Shown here: in pieces, positions 12,430-23,480 of the stretch
How positions within the stretch are numbered: position 1 is the stretch's first letter
How the letters are laid out: each line of letters begins with the position of its first letter
Source of the DNA: Tubulanus polymorphus
Lineage: Eukaryota > Animalia > Nemertea
Length of the DNA: 64,000 bases
Assembly (NCBI RefSeq): GCF_964204645.1
Contig: NC_134025.1
Coordinates: 15,659,001 to 15,723,000 of the forward strand
Reading direction: 5' to 3'
The notes under the pieces: generated by a model
Told to the model about the DNA's origin: nothing
The model's input: the letters and a program-made list of their open reading frames with translations, nothing else
Database searches by the model: none
Made by a program: the position numbers and the translations under genes

Positions 12430-13188
12430 ATGGTAGAATTAAAAGAATACAGAATATTTGTAGATTCTAGAAAACTTACAAATTATAAATCTCATAATTT
12501 ACTAGTTCAATTAGATAGAGAATTCAAGAATTGTGTAGATTTAAAATTAGTTAATATAAGTTTATGTAATTCTTTTTACAATGTATTGGATAAAACTGTT
12601 GAACATAGAGTCTTTTTAATTCATGATAGAAATAAAAGTAAATGGTTTCATCTTTATCTTAAACCAGGATTATATAATTTAGATACATTAGCGCAGGAAA
12701 TTAATAGAAGAGCTCGGTTGAAAATGGGTGCATCTGCTGGATTTGGATTAAGACTGATTAAAAGTGATAGCTCCGATAAAATAAGAATGAAATTAGGTAA
12801 TGAAGATCAACATCAATTTCTAGTTAGAAAACCTTTAGCTAAAATTTTAGGAATAACCCCAGATGTAAGGATACGCAATGCTGATGCTCCACCAAATATA
12901 ATGCCTTTTACACACTTTTATATTTATTGCAAATTAATCGATCCTACAAAAACATTCGAAGCAACTAAAGATATAACTTGTAATTCTGGTTTAATTAACA
13001 TTTTACCATTGAAGAATGTTAAAGAATTTGGAACGCAAATAAATTATAATTTAACAGAATGTGATTTCAAACCATGCATTCCTCGTTTTAATAATTTTAA
13101 ATTAGAAATTAGAAATCACAATGGATACTTAATTGATTTAAATAATTTCCCTGTAATTTATGAATTAGTTATAAGATGTAGAGAGTAA
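12430..13188 (+). CDS. Minor capsid protein (penton, single jelly-roll), putative
   Basis: 252 aa with IFVDSR N-terminus, LKPGLYN...LAQEIN, LAKILGI, YIYCKLI, LEIRNHNG.LIDLNN.P..ELVI C-terminus, typical of Polinton/virophage pentons. Confidence 0.7.
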   Translation: MVELKEYRIFVDSRKLTNYKSHNLLVQLDREFKNCVDLKLVNISLCNSFYNVLDKTVEHRVFLIHDRNKSKWFHLYLKPGLYNLDTLAQEINRRARLKMGASAGFGLRLIKSDSSDKIRMKLGNEDQHQFLVRKPLAKILGITPDVRIRNADAPPNIMPFTHFYIYCKLIDPTKTFEATKDITCNSGLINILPLKNVKEFGTQINYNLTECDFKPCIPRFNNFKLEIRNHNGYLIDLNNFPVIYELVIRCRE

Positions 13189-13205
13189 TTTTTTTCACTA
13201 TATAA

Positions 13206-13550
13206 ATGAATATAACTGTTGGACCGAGTATATGTTTTGGTTTTGATTTTAAACATGGCAAAGAAATGAGAATTAAACTAAATGATGTAATTACTGATAT
13301 AAAAAGTAAATCATTTAACAATTCATCAATGATTAATAAAGAAAATTATAATAAAGAAAAAGTAATTGATTTAATTAAATCACCTTTAGAATATTATGAT
13401 TTAAATGAAGATGGAATTATCGATGATATTAAAAACATATTATCCAAAATATATGATAATCATAAAAGTAGTAATGAAATAAATGTTGAATTAATCATCA
13501 CTAAGATAACTAAATATTTTGATGATAGTAATTTTTTGATAAATAAATGA
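13206..13550 (+). CDS. Hypothetical viral protein
   Basis: Intact 114-aa ORF in the gene array, preceded by T7-N7-TAAATG. Confidence 0.65.
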   Translation: MNITVGPSICFGFDFKHGKEMRIKLNDVITDIKSKSFNNSSMINKENYNKEKVIDLIKSPLEYYDLNEDGIIDDIKNILSKIYDNHKSSNEINVELIITKITKYFDDSNFLINK

Positions 13551-13768
13551 GTGATAATAAGTGGATAATAACTGGATTATATAATGGCGCATTACTATCA
13601 GTTGGAACTGTTGGTTATTCAATGGTTTTAAAAAAAGTATTCAAAATGGGAAGTGTTAATGTTGATAGATTTGATATAAATGATATTTTAAAATCAACAT
13701 TAGCAGTTACTTTATCTAATTTAACTATTGATTATTTAGAAAAACAAAAATATATTCCTCCCATATAA
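13547..13768 (+). CDS. Small hydrophobic viral protein
   Basis: 73 aa, hydrophobic segment IITGLYNGALLSVGTVGYSMVL; ATGA overlap with the previous gene. Confidence 0.65.
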   Translation: MSDNKWIITGLYNGALLSVGTVGYSMVLKKVFKMGSVNVDRFDINDILKSTLAVTLSNLTIDYLEKQKYIPPI

Positions 13769-13792
13769 ATGTGTAATTTTTTTACTAAATAA

Positions 13793-14215
13793 ATGGCTTC
13801 TGCAATTATAACTATTATAGGATCGGCAATTGTTAACGCTTTAACATTTACTGGTGGCGGTTATTTATTTAAGCATATTGATAAAAATGGTTCATTAACA
13901 GAACAAAAAAGACATAACTTAGCATTAGAGAAATATAATAAAGCAGCAGAAGAATATAGAGGAAAGAGGCAAAACTATATGGATTACATTAATAAAGAAT
14001 TATATGATCTGAAGATTTCACATAGAGATTTTCAATCAGTTGATGATGCAATGAGTTTATATAACGCAGAAACAAATAAAGAAAAATTACATCTACATAA
14101 ACCTACAATATCAGATTATTATACCCCAAGTAATGAACAGAAGAAGTATGAAATAATTTGGATTTTAGGCGGAACTGTTATTGTTATATTTGTAGCGTAT
14201 AAGTTTACTAATTAG
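13793..14215 (+). CDS. Viral membrane protein (N- and C-terminal hydrophobic helices, central coiled coil)
   Basis: MASAIITIIGSAIVNALTFTGGGYLF ... IIWILGGTVIVIFVAY; T7-N6-TAAATG upstream. Confidence 0.7.
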   Translation: MASAIITIIGSAIVNALTFTGGGYLFKHIDKNGSLTEQKRHNLALEKYNKAAEEYRGKRQNYMDYINKELYDLKISHRDFQSVDDAMSLYNAETNKEKLHLHKPTISDYYTPSNEQKKYEIIWILGGTVIVIFVAYKFTN

Positions 14216-14236
14216 TAATTTTTTTTTGCTAAATAA

Positions 14237-14662
14237 ATGGATGATAATATTGATATTATTCCTCATGATATAAATAAAACTGAATTAAAAACATATTTAG
14301 AAAAACAAATATTAGAATTTGAAAGTGACTTAAAAGTTAAAAAGAAAAAATATTTAAAAAGTAAAATTATATATTATTTTATTATTCGTGATTCAGTTAC
14401 AATTAGTTCTGTAATAACATTTCTAGCAATATTCAGTCCAATAACACCATTAGCTATATCAATTGGTGTATTAGGATTAAGTTCAAGTGTTTTAACCGGT
14501 ATAAGTTCAAAATTAAATATAAAAAGTAATAAAGAAAAAATTAAAACTAATATAAAAGAAATTAATAAATTAAAGAATACACTAGATTATATAATAAGTT
14601 TAAATGGTCATATAACAGTTGAAGAACAAGATATATTATTAAAAGAATTAGTTAATTATTAA
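14237..14662 (+). CDS. Two-TM viral membrane protein flanked by coiled coils
   Basis: SVTISSVITFLAIFSPITPLAISIGVLGLSSSVLTGI hydrophobic hairpin; T9-N6-TAAATG upstream. Confidence 0.7.
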   Translation: MDDNIDIIPHDINKTELKTYLEKQILEFESDLKVKKKKYLKSKIIYYFIIRDSVTISSVITFLAIFSPITPLAISIGVLGLSSSVLTGISSKLNIKSNKEKIKTNIKEINKLKNTLDYIISLNGHITVEEQDILLKELVNY

Positions 14663-14678
14663 TTTTTTAATTATATAA

Positions 14679-15968
14679 ATGGGGTTTCCAAAAGCTTTCC
14701 AATATAATAAATCAATTAAATATAATATTCCTGCAATAGATTTTAAGAAAAATATTACATATAGAAATGAAGTTTTAAATTCATTAATTGATTTATATAT
14801 TTATGTTACTGAAAGTAATAATTTTCACGTAAAGATGGAAAATATATTTCATGTGTATACAATTTATTTCAAAAATTTAAAATCTAATATAAAGTATTGG
14901 CAGAACCAATTAAATTTTGCTGTTTATTGCGCAACAACAGGATGTGGAATAAGTTGGAATGATCATTTAAACAAACCAAGTTTACCATTGATGGTATTAC
15001 TTTTTAGATTTCATATATATTTTCAAATAAAATTAATATTAGATGAATTAGAATGTCCTTTACCAAGTTCAAAATATTTTAAAGAATTGAATAATAATAT
15101 TAATTTTCCTAAGTTTTATAAAATATGTAATGAATTTAATATTAATTCAAATAAAGATTTTAGAGCAAAAATTGGAACAATGGGTGGATTAGGAATATTA
15201 TATACTAAAGAATTTGGAAAAATAATGACAAATTCAGATATAAGAACACTAAACTGGAATGAATTACCAAAATATTATAATAATGTACAACAACAAAATA
15301 ATAATGGTTAGGTTAATTTCATTTTAGAAAATAGTGAAGGTGTTACTGTAGCTGGTATACAAAGAATAAATCAATCTATTAGAACTTATTTGATATGTAT
15401 TTTAGGTGCGCAAGTTGAAACAAGATCCCCAATAATTGGAAATGATAACACTTCATTCGATGCGCAGAAACAATTCAAAGTATTATTTGAAGATTCAATT
15501 CATAATGATAAAAATAGATCTATTCCAGAAAACATTGTAAGATATCAAAATTATTTAGATAAATCACATATTAGATTAAATTATTGTATAGGCCCTAATC
15601 TATTAATTATTTCTAATGTATTAAAGATGGGAAATATAATTGGTTACAATAATCTAATTAAAACTGCAACAATAAATAATTCATTTGGATTAAATGATAT
15701 AAATAAAAAGATTATTACTGCTCCAAAATTAATTGAAGGTGAAAAAAATTAAAAACATATTCAATCAACAGAAACTAAAACTAATAATATTAAATTGAAT
15801 AATGATTCTAAAATAAAAGATTACAATACATCAGAAAATATTAGAACTGATAATATTCAACATGATATAATTAAACTAAATGATGATAATAAATCCCATG
15901 AAAATGCTAAATTAGCTTTAACTTGTATAGGAATTGTAATCGGAGGAATATTATATTTTAAATTTTAA
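14679..15968 (+). pseudogene. Viral protein with C-terminal TM anchor; disrupted
   Basis: ORFs 14679 and 15390 are in frame across a TAG at 15309; frameshift in the A-run near 15745; ends LALTCIGIVIGGILYFKF; contains FAVYCATTGCGISW..HL and LFRFHIYF blocks. Confidence 0.7.
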
Positions 15969-15984
15969 TTTTTTTATTATTTTA

Positions 15985-17437
15985 ATGGCAGAAGGTGGAG
16001 GAGATTATGAAATGGAAAACAGGGGAAATAATGATGATGCCAATACTAACAATGATGATTATATGACTGCTGATACTAATATTGATAATGATAATGATAC
16101 AACATATAATTCTAATTTAGCAGAGAGTGGTTCTAAAGCCCCATCAACAGATGAACATGATAGAAGAACTAGATCGAGAATACCTATTGAAAATTTAGAC
16201 CAAGGTTTAGAAAGAGAAAATATAGAAAATTATGAATTTATGTATGATTTTCAACGTGTATTTAAAGATTCTGGATATAATATAAATGATAGAGGCGCCA
16301 GACGTTTAGTAAAAGAATTAAAGTTTTTAGATGGTGAATATTATTATAAATTGAAAGATGATTATTATATTAACATCTCTTAAAATTCAAGACAAAATAT
16401 TAGCAAAATCAACTTTGCTTAGGTTAGACCTATCTAAAATTAAAAGAATAAGAAATAGTAATGAACCAGAAGATGTAACACAAGAATTAATTGATAAAAA
16501 TGAAAATGTATTTAAACAAAGAATTAAAAAATTATTTGAAACAATCAAAGATAATCCAGAAGCAGAAACAACTTCCGAACAGAATAAAATTTTCAAAACT
16601 AGTAAACTTAAATCAAACACTGAAGTTCAAACTGAAAAACTTTTACCGAAGGGATTACTTGATTCAACAGATCAAGAAATAGAAGCTTTAAGTATGTTTT
16701 CTAAAAAAAACAATTAGAGAAATAATAAGTATACGAGATGAAGCTGATAAAATTGCACGCGAAGAACATATTAGATATAATAAAATTAAACCTTTAGAAA
16801 ATAAATTATTTGACACCAGAAAAGAATTAGAACAATTAAAATTAGATAGAGAATTTAAAGTTATTGAAGAAATTGAATTTAAAAAAAGAAATGCATATTT
16901 AGAAAAAGAAATTGATGATTTAGAATATAACATAGAATTTCAGAAAGAAAAAATGAAATTATTATTAAATCATATGATTATTGTATTAATAGATTAAAAG
17001 TTGTTGTTAAAGAGTTAATACTGAAACCAAATTCTGAAATATCACTAAAAGATAGAATAAAATTATTATTTAAGTTTGAAGGAATCACAATTCTTTCAAT
17101 TCTAACAGCTGTAACTATGTTATTTACAACAATTGGTTTAGCAATATCAAATTCTTTGAAATCTACTCCTACTCCCAATAAACCAGATAAACCTCCAAGC
17201 AATAATTCTATACAAGATAAAGTTAAGGATGGTTTAAAGAAATTAGCAAAATATTTATGGGAACTATCAAAGAAATCTGCTGCAGCATTACCAGGAGTTA
17301 TTGCATCAATTGTTGGTTTTATATTGAAATCTGCAGGAAACATTATTAACTTTGCTGCTGAACATATTATTTTATTTTTAATTACAGTTGTAAGTGCTAT
17401 TATTTTTGGATTAGTAAACATGATAAAAAATAAATGA
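15985..17437 (+). pseudogene. Long coiled-coil protein with multiple C-terminal TM helices; frameshifted
   Basis: Acidic N-terminus, coiled-coil pieces in several frames, C-terminal ITILSILTAVTMLFTTIGLAI, ALPGVIASIVGFIL and IILFLITVVSAIIFGLV. Confidence 0.7.
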
Positions 17438-17457
17438 TTAATTTTTTTGTTAAATAA

Positions 17458-18705
17458 AAGAGTGGGAGTTATATCAATCCTTCTAAGAATCATAGAATAT
17501 CTAATGCTATTAAAGCAGAAAGATCACATCATATAATTACACATAATCCTTCTAATATTAATCCTGATGAAACTTTATATGTTAGAATTCCTCGATTAAC
17601 ACAAAATACTTTTTATGTTCCAAATAGTAATTATTTATCAGCCGATATAAAAGTAATCGGTAATAATAATAATTATGTTGTTGATAATGTTGGAAGGTAT
17701 TTGATTAAAAAGTTAACAATAAAGATTGGTCCAGAAACCGTTTTCTCATTAGATGATTATAATTTATTTATGCATTATAAAGATTTATGGTTAACTAAAG
17801 AAAATAGAAATAATATGATATTTCAAGGCATCCAATCAGAAAACCAAAATAAATTAAGATCAGGAGCTAATGACGCAATAGCAACTCGCACCGCAGATAA
17901 TTTCATAAAAAAGATTTATGGAAGCAAATATAAAATTCCATTAGACTTTGAATTGATAAATAACAATGCACCTTTATATAAATATGCAATTCAAGAAGAT
18001 GTTATATTCGAAATAACATTTGTTCCTGTAAATGGAATTGTATTATCTAGCGTTGTTAAAGATATGGGTTATAAATTATCGAATATATGTTTAGAATATG
18101 ATACAGTAACTGATGAAAATATTTCAAGTATAATTCAAACTAAATACAATCAAGGATTTTCATTATTATATGATTATATTGATAAATTTAAAACTGTAAC
18201 TATTAATGCAAATGATGAAATTATTAATGAGAGTATTAACTTCCCAAGAAGATCTATTAAAGGTATATTAATATTTTTTACCATTGCAACATATACTAAT
18301 GGCGCAATAAATGTTGATAATTATTATAATCCTGAAATAACAAAAGTAGAAATAACTATCGAAGGAATAGCAAATAAAATATTTTGTCAAGGAATGAGAA
18401 TGATAGATCAGTGGCCAGAAATTAGAAAACATTTTATGAATGAAAAAGTAAAATCATCTGAAAATTGTAATATTAATCAAATTGATTATTATACCGGTAA
18501 TAAATATGCATTATGGTTAGATTTTAGAACAACAGAGGATAATTCATTACATGGTTCTGGAAAAAAATTACAAAATACAAAAGATGGAATACAATTATTC
18601 ATGACAAAGAATAAAGGAATCAAACATTTTAAAATGCATATTTATATTATATCTGACGCGCAATTAAATATTGTAAATTCTCAATTGAATAGTGTTATGT
18701 ATTAG
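17458..18705 (+). pseudogene. Major capsid protein (double jelly-roll), start codon apparently mutated ATG to AAG
   Basis: Frame is open from AAG at 17458 (within T7-GTTAAA-TAAAAG, the promoter motif with one change) through HIITHNPSNINPDETLYVRIP to the 334-aa ORF: ~415 aa, beta-rich, with NICLEYD, RSIKGILIFF, YNPEITKVEITIEG, YALWLDFRT.DNSLHGSG. Confidence 0.75.
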
Positions 18706-18737
18706 AATTTCAACTTTAATAAAAATTTATATAATAA

Positions 18738-19259
18738 ATGGAAGGAGGTAAAGTATATAAACATATTCCATACATCGATACACATGCAAATAATGATGGT
18801 TTATATTATGTGATACCTTGTAATATAGCTTTGATATTTGATCCTATTTTCAAAATTTATGAAACTAAACTAATAGAAATAGATAATAATAAAAGTGAAG
18901 TTGTTGATGATTTAAGTAATGTAATACCTTCTACATCTAATAATGTAATACCTACTACATCTAATAATGTAACACCTACTACATCTAATAATGTAATACC
19001 TTCTACATCTAATAATGTAATACCTTCTACATCTAATAATGAAATAATATTAAATTATGGTGAAAATAAAAATTATTGTGGATATTGTAATGGTGAATTT
19101 TCAAACGCTCCATCTAATTGGAATAAACATATGAATACAAAGGTACACATTACTAATGCGGTAGAAAGGATGAAAAAGTATAAAAATAAAACAACTATTG
19201 ACGATGATACGGTAGAGAATTTGAATAAATTGTTAGGGTCTGATAGTGAAAGTGATTAA
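18738..19259 (+). CDS. Viral protein with five 8-aa repeats and a C2H2-type zinc finger
   Basis: 24-bp tandem repeat encoding (SNNVIPST)x5 at ~18915-19040; CGYC...WNKHMNTKVH. Confidence 0.7.
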   Translation: MEGGKVYKHIPYIDTHANNDGLYYVIPCNIALIFDPIFKIYETKLIEIDNNKSEVVDDLSNVIPSTSNNVIPTTSNNVTPTTSNNVIPSTSNNVIPSTSNNEIILNYGENKNYCGYCNGEFSNAPSNWNKHMNTKVHITNAVERMKKYKNKTTIDDDTVENLNKLLGSDSESD

Positions 19260-19289
19260 AATATTAATTATATTTAACACAAATAATAA

Positions 19290-19760
19290 TATTGGTGGAA
19301 AATTGTATAAAATAATAGTAAATAAAAAGGGGGTTTTAAGTATTTAAGGTATTTAAGGTATCTAATACATATCTAATACATATCTAATACAATCTAATAC
19401 ATAAAATATCTTATTTTATAAACTGATATTCATATGGAAATTGAAACCTCAGTAATAATAAATAACCTTTATTATTTTCAAACTTATTCATATATTAGTT
19501 GAAAAAATAAAAATAAATTGGTTGAAAATTGTATAAAAAATATTTATTTTAAAAAAGGGGGTTTTAAGTATTTAAGGTATCTAATAGGATATCAGGTATT
19601 AGGGTATCTAATAGGGTATCAGGTATTAGGGTATCATGTATTAGGGTATCTAATACATAGGTATATAACTAGTTATTTTATATATTTATATTCATATGGA
19701 AATTGTAGTCTCAGTAATAATTTTGAACCTTTATTATTCTTTAATTTATTCATATATTCA
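19290..19760. repeat. Duplicated non-coding segment between converging gene blocks
   Basis: 19290-19500 and 19515-19760 are diverged direct copies (gaaaattgtataaaa...aaaaagggggttttaagtatttaaggtat...catatggaaattg...ctcagtaataat) with internal 10-12-bp GGTATCTAATA-type repeats. Confidence 0.8.
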
Positions 19761-19765
19761 TCATG

Positions 19766-20284
19766 TTATTCAGTAGGTATAATTTGATTTTCTTCCAATG
19801 ATTGTTGCATAGATTTTCTATCTTTGTTATAAAATAAAACTAGAAATCTAATGTTTTCTCTAAAGTCTTTAACAATTGAATTATATTTTTGATTTAAAAC
19901 CCATGTTGTAATCCCAAAATGTCTCCCAGAGAAAGCTAGATAACATAACTCACTTTCTCTAACTTTTGAATCATGTAAATTTGCGCAATCATCTATGATA
20001 AATAATGTAGTTGATCCTTTATAAGTATCAATTGCTATTTTTATACAATTATCTAAATTTTCTTTTACTGTTTTAGGATTTAATATAATAAACTTTTTTA
20101 TCTTAACTATATCTCTATTATATGTTTTATTCATTTCATAAGTAGGACAAAATAATATTATATTATTAAAATGATTCTTATAAATAGTTTCTAACAAGTC
20201 TAATATGAAATGTGTTTTACCACAATTGGTTACTCCAGTAACTTACATATTATGCGGTTCAAATATAAATAAATCTTTATTCAT
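19766..20284 (-). pseudogene. A32/FtsK-like genome packaging ATPase; premature stop
   Basis: MNKDLFIFEPHNM*VTGVTNCGKT (Walker A), LFIIDD (Walker B), SGRHFGITTWVLNQ motif. Confidence 0.9.
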
Positions 20285-21376
20285 TTATTCTTTTAATTTT
20301 ACTAGATAAAATCCATTCATTAAATTTATCATCATATCCCTATATTTCACCAAAGAATACTTTTTTACTTTAAGAGTTTTTGTTTTCAATACTTTTTCTA
20401 TTTTGTATTCTATTTCATCTGGATTTGGTACAAGTGATAATTCTTGTTCATAGAAATATCCTAATATTTCTTCATCTTTTAGATCTTCTAGTTTATAAAC
20501 AAATGGTTTAGTTAATATTATCTTTTTAATCTTGAATATTTCTTCTGTAAAATTTGGGGTATAACCTTTATAAAATGTTTTTCTATATTTAGATATTCTA
20601 ACGTGTTGTCCAATTTTAAATTTAGGTTCTCCGAAATCATGTGTAACAAATGCTCCATATAAATTATTCCAAACTATTTCTGAATTATCTTCTTTTCTAG
20701 CTTGTATAGGTTTCATACCAATACTTGAATGTTTAGAATTATTATAACCTTTCACTAAATCATCTAACACATCGATATATTTATATGTTTCATTAGCAGT
20801 AAAATATTTCCACATTCTAGTTTTCAATGTTTTATTAAATCTTTCTATAATAGATGCTTTTTTATCTGAATGTGTTGAAAAATAATCTACATCGTTATCA
20901 GATAATAGTTTTTTAAAATGTTTGTTATAAAATTCCTTACCTTCATCAAATTGTATCTTATCTGGAATAGCTTCTTTAAATATATTCTTAAAAGCGTTTG
21001 TAACTTCTATTCCGGTTTTATTTTTGATTGGAATTGACCATGCGTATCGACTGAATATATCTATAACATTTAATATCCAGAAATATCCTTTGTTGTATTC
21101 CTCTAAGTTCTTCATGTCAATTAAATCTGCTTGCCATTGTTAATCGATATATGAAACCATAACTTTTCTTATTAAATAAGTTTTATCCATTTTCTTGTGG
21201 ATTTGATATGTTGGTTGATTTGGTAACCATGATTTCAACTCACTATATTTTATATTTTCATTATCAGATTTAATTTTACTCCATAATTCTGAAACGTTAG
21301 AATATGATACTTCACTTTCTGGGTTATAATATAACTCTCTTAAATATTGTTCTTTTTTCGTCTTATTTTAATCCAT
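20285..21376 (-). pseudogene. Retroviral-like (rve) integrase with C-terminal chromodomain remnant; disrupted
   Basis: LRELYYNP N-terminus, WQADLIDM, VIDIFSRYAW, QFDEGKEF, KASIIERFNKTLK, YNNSKHSSIGM.P, EYKIEKVLK; stops at codon 3 and near 21141. Confidence 0.92.
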
Positions 21377-21728
21377 TAATAATAGTTTAGATTTAGTTTC
21401 AATGGCTTTATGATTTGACTTATTTTCTGGTATAATAGGTTTATTGTCATTGGAATCATATTTATCATCAGATTTGAATTTTGATTTATATATTACACCG
21501 GATAATATGATAATTGTTACTAATCCAATTGTAATATATAATTTATAATTACTTCCAGCATTAGAAGAATCAGATGGATTATTACTTGAATCAATATCAG
21601 CTAAAGTCTGTGATTCATTTATATCAGTTAATTTCTTTGTCTTAGCTTTTTTAATTCTGAAGATCTTTTACCTAATTCTCTTGCCCATTTAATTTGTTTC
21701 TCGGATCTAGCCTTTTTCTTAACTCCAT
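21376..21728 (-). pseudogene. Small basic TM protein, frameshifted
   Basis: KKARSEKQIKWARELGK...YKLYITIGLVTIIILSGVIY read across a frameshift. Confidence 0.5.
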
Positions 21729-22330
21729 CACTCATTTATTTTAGTTAATTTTTGTTCTGATTCATTTTCTGTTTCACTGTTTGGTTGTAGTACATCTGTT
21801 TCGTTCTTACCTGATTTATATTCCATAGGCTTGATATTCGAAAATGTAATGACGCCAGTAGAAATTAATGTCATAACCGATCCTAATTGAAATGAAGCAT
21901 AACCAACCCATTTTTGTAATTCAGTCATAACTAAATAGTCATTTTTCAAATCACTATATAATTTATTTTCATCATTAATTGGTATTAACTGGTTACATAA
22001 CTTAGAATAACATTTGACAATACCATCTGAAATAGAATCATTTATTCTAGCTGATCTTGCTTCTTCATAAATCTTAAAATATTTTATTACTTTATCGGGT
22101 TTCATAGAGTCTAATTCTTGAAAAGTAATAATTCTATTTAAAAACTCTTTAGTTTTTCCACCGGCAATCAATAGTTCTAGATGATGCTTACAATATAAAT
22201 AGTATTCATAATCTATATTACAATTAACTTGAGCACAATTAGTTACAACTGTATCTTTATTATCACATATACCCAAATCATCTAATGTTTTTTCAATATC
22301 AATACTATTCTTATTAGTTTTCTTTGACAT
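21728..22330 (-). CDS. Hypothetical viral protein
   Basis: Intact 200-aa ORF; T8-CTAATA-TAAATG upstream. Confidence 0.7.
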   Translation of the reverse strand: MSKKTNKNSIDIEKTLDDLGICDNKDTVVTNCAQVNCNIDYEYYLYCKHHLELLIAGGKTKEFLNRIITFQELDSMKPDKVIKYFKIYEEARSARINDSISDGIVKCYSKLCNQLIPINDENKLYSDLKNDYLVMTELQKWVGYASFQLGSVMTLISTGVITFSNIKPMEYKSGKNETDVLQPNSETENESEQKLTKINE

Positions 22331-22631
22331 TTATATTAGAAAAAAAAGCAAAGAAGATATTATAAGTATTCTTCAAATGATACTAGCTAGTTAAAGCTAA
22401 AGAATTCTAGTATTGACTACTGATACTAGCTATTTGAATTTAAAGAATTTCTATTTGAATCTATTCAAAATATAAAGTATTCTCTTTTTGAAAAGAAAAT
22501 ATTAAAAATATAATAGAATTCACTAGCAGTTGAAGTTATTGTTTTTTTAATATATTTTATTTGAATTCTATTTGATATCTCACTACTTTTGTTTATCTAT
22601 TAGGAGCAGTAATTATAACTGTCCAGATAAG

Positions 22632-22847
22632 TCATTTCGGATCCTTGATATCAAATTCCTCAACGTATTGTTCATTATTTGGATCATTGTTCCATTGATC
22701 AATAAATTTCTTTGCATTTGTTAACTGTTCTAAATATAACTGTAAATCTAGTTTATTAGATTTGATTTGATTTTCTTTCTTTTCAAGAGGTCTTAAATTT
22801 TTCAAATTCCAAACAAGTTTTTTATTGTATTCATCATTCCTTTCCAT
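22632..22847 (-). pseudogene. Truncated paralogue of the HNH nuclease C-terminus
   Basis: YNKKLVWNLKNLRPLEKKENQIKSNKLDLQLYL is nearly identical to the C-terminus of 24621-25274. Confidence 0.8.
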
Positions 22848-23049
22848 TTATAAATCAAATTTTTATTAAAATTGATTAACATTTTAGAATCCTCTTCCAT
22901 TTCTTCGACTAACGTCATCCTTTTTCATTCCTCGCTGCTTTTTATGTCATTTCGGATCCTCGATAATAAATCCTCAACTGAAAATCAATTCAACGAAACG
23001 ACTGGTGGAAATATTATTTCATAAACACATATATTTATTATGTAAATTT

Positions 23050-23405
23050 TAGCGATCGATAATAGAACAATGGAGAACAATAGAAAAGCGGTCCAATCGG
23101 ACCGGTTATTGCGCAATACACAGTTATATTTTTATTCTGTAAACTACAGCATTCAAACATAGAAATGTAACCAATCAATATTGAGCAGCTGTTTCCGTCA
23201 ACAACGATCAATAATAGAACAATGGAGAACAATAGAAATGCGGCTAATCGGACCGGTTATTGCGCAATACTTAGTTAACAGTAAACAATCAATACAGAAC
23301 AACCGCCGCCATTAACAACGATCAATAATAGAACAATGGAGAACAATAGAAAAGCGGTTCAATCGGACCGGTTATTGCGCAATACTTAGTCAACAGTAAA
23401 CAATA
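23050..23405. repeat. Three tandem ~65-bp cores with palindromic motifs
   Basis: GATCAATAATAGAACAATGGAGAACAATAGAAAAGCGG..AATCGGACCGGTTATTGCGCAATAC at ~23055, ~23206 and ~23320. Confidence 0.9.
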
Positions 23406-23480
23406 CAATATTAAAACAGATATATACAATCGGGATTACATTTTTGATATCTATATTACAAAGACCTTCAGTGTTATAAT

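Noticed and set aside
13547-20284. TAAATG explained solely as stop-start coupling
   Set aside because: Plausible only at overlapping junctions (13547, 20284); at most other starts the TAA is not the upstream stop and a spaced T- or A-run precedes it.
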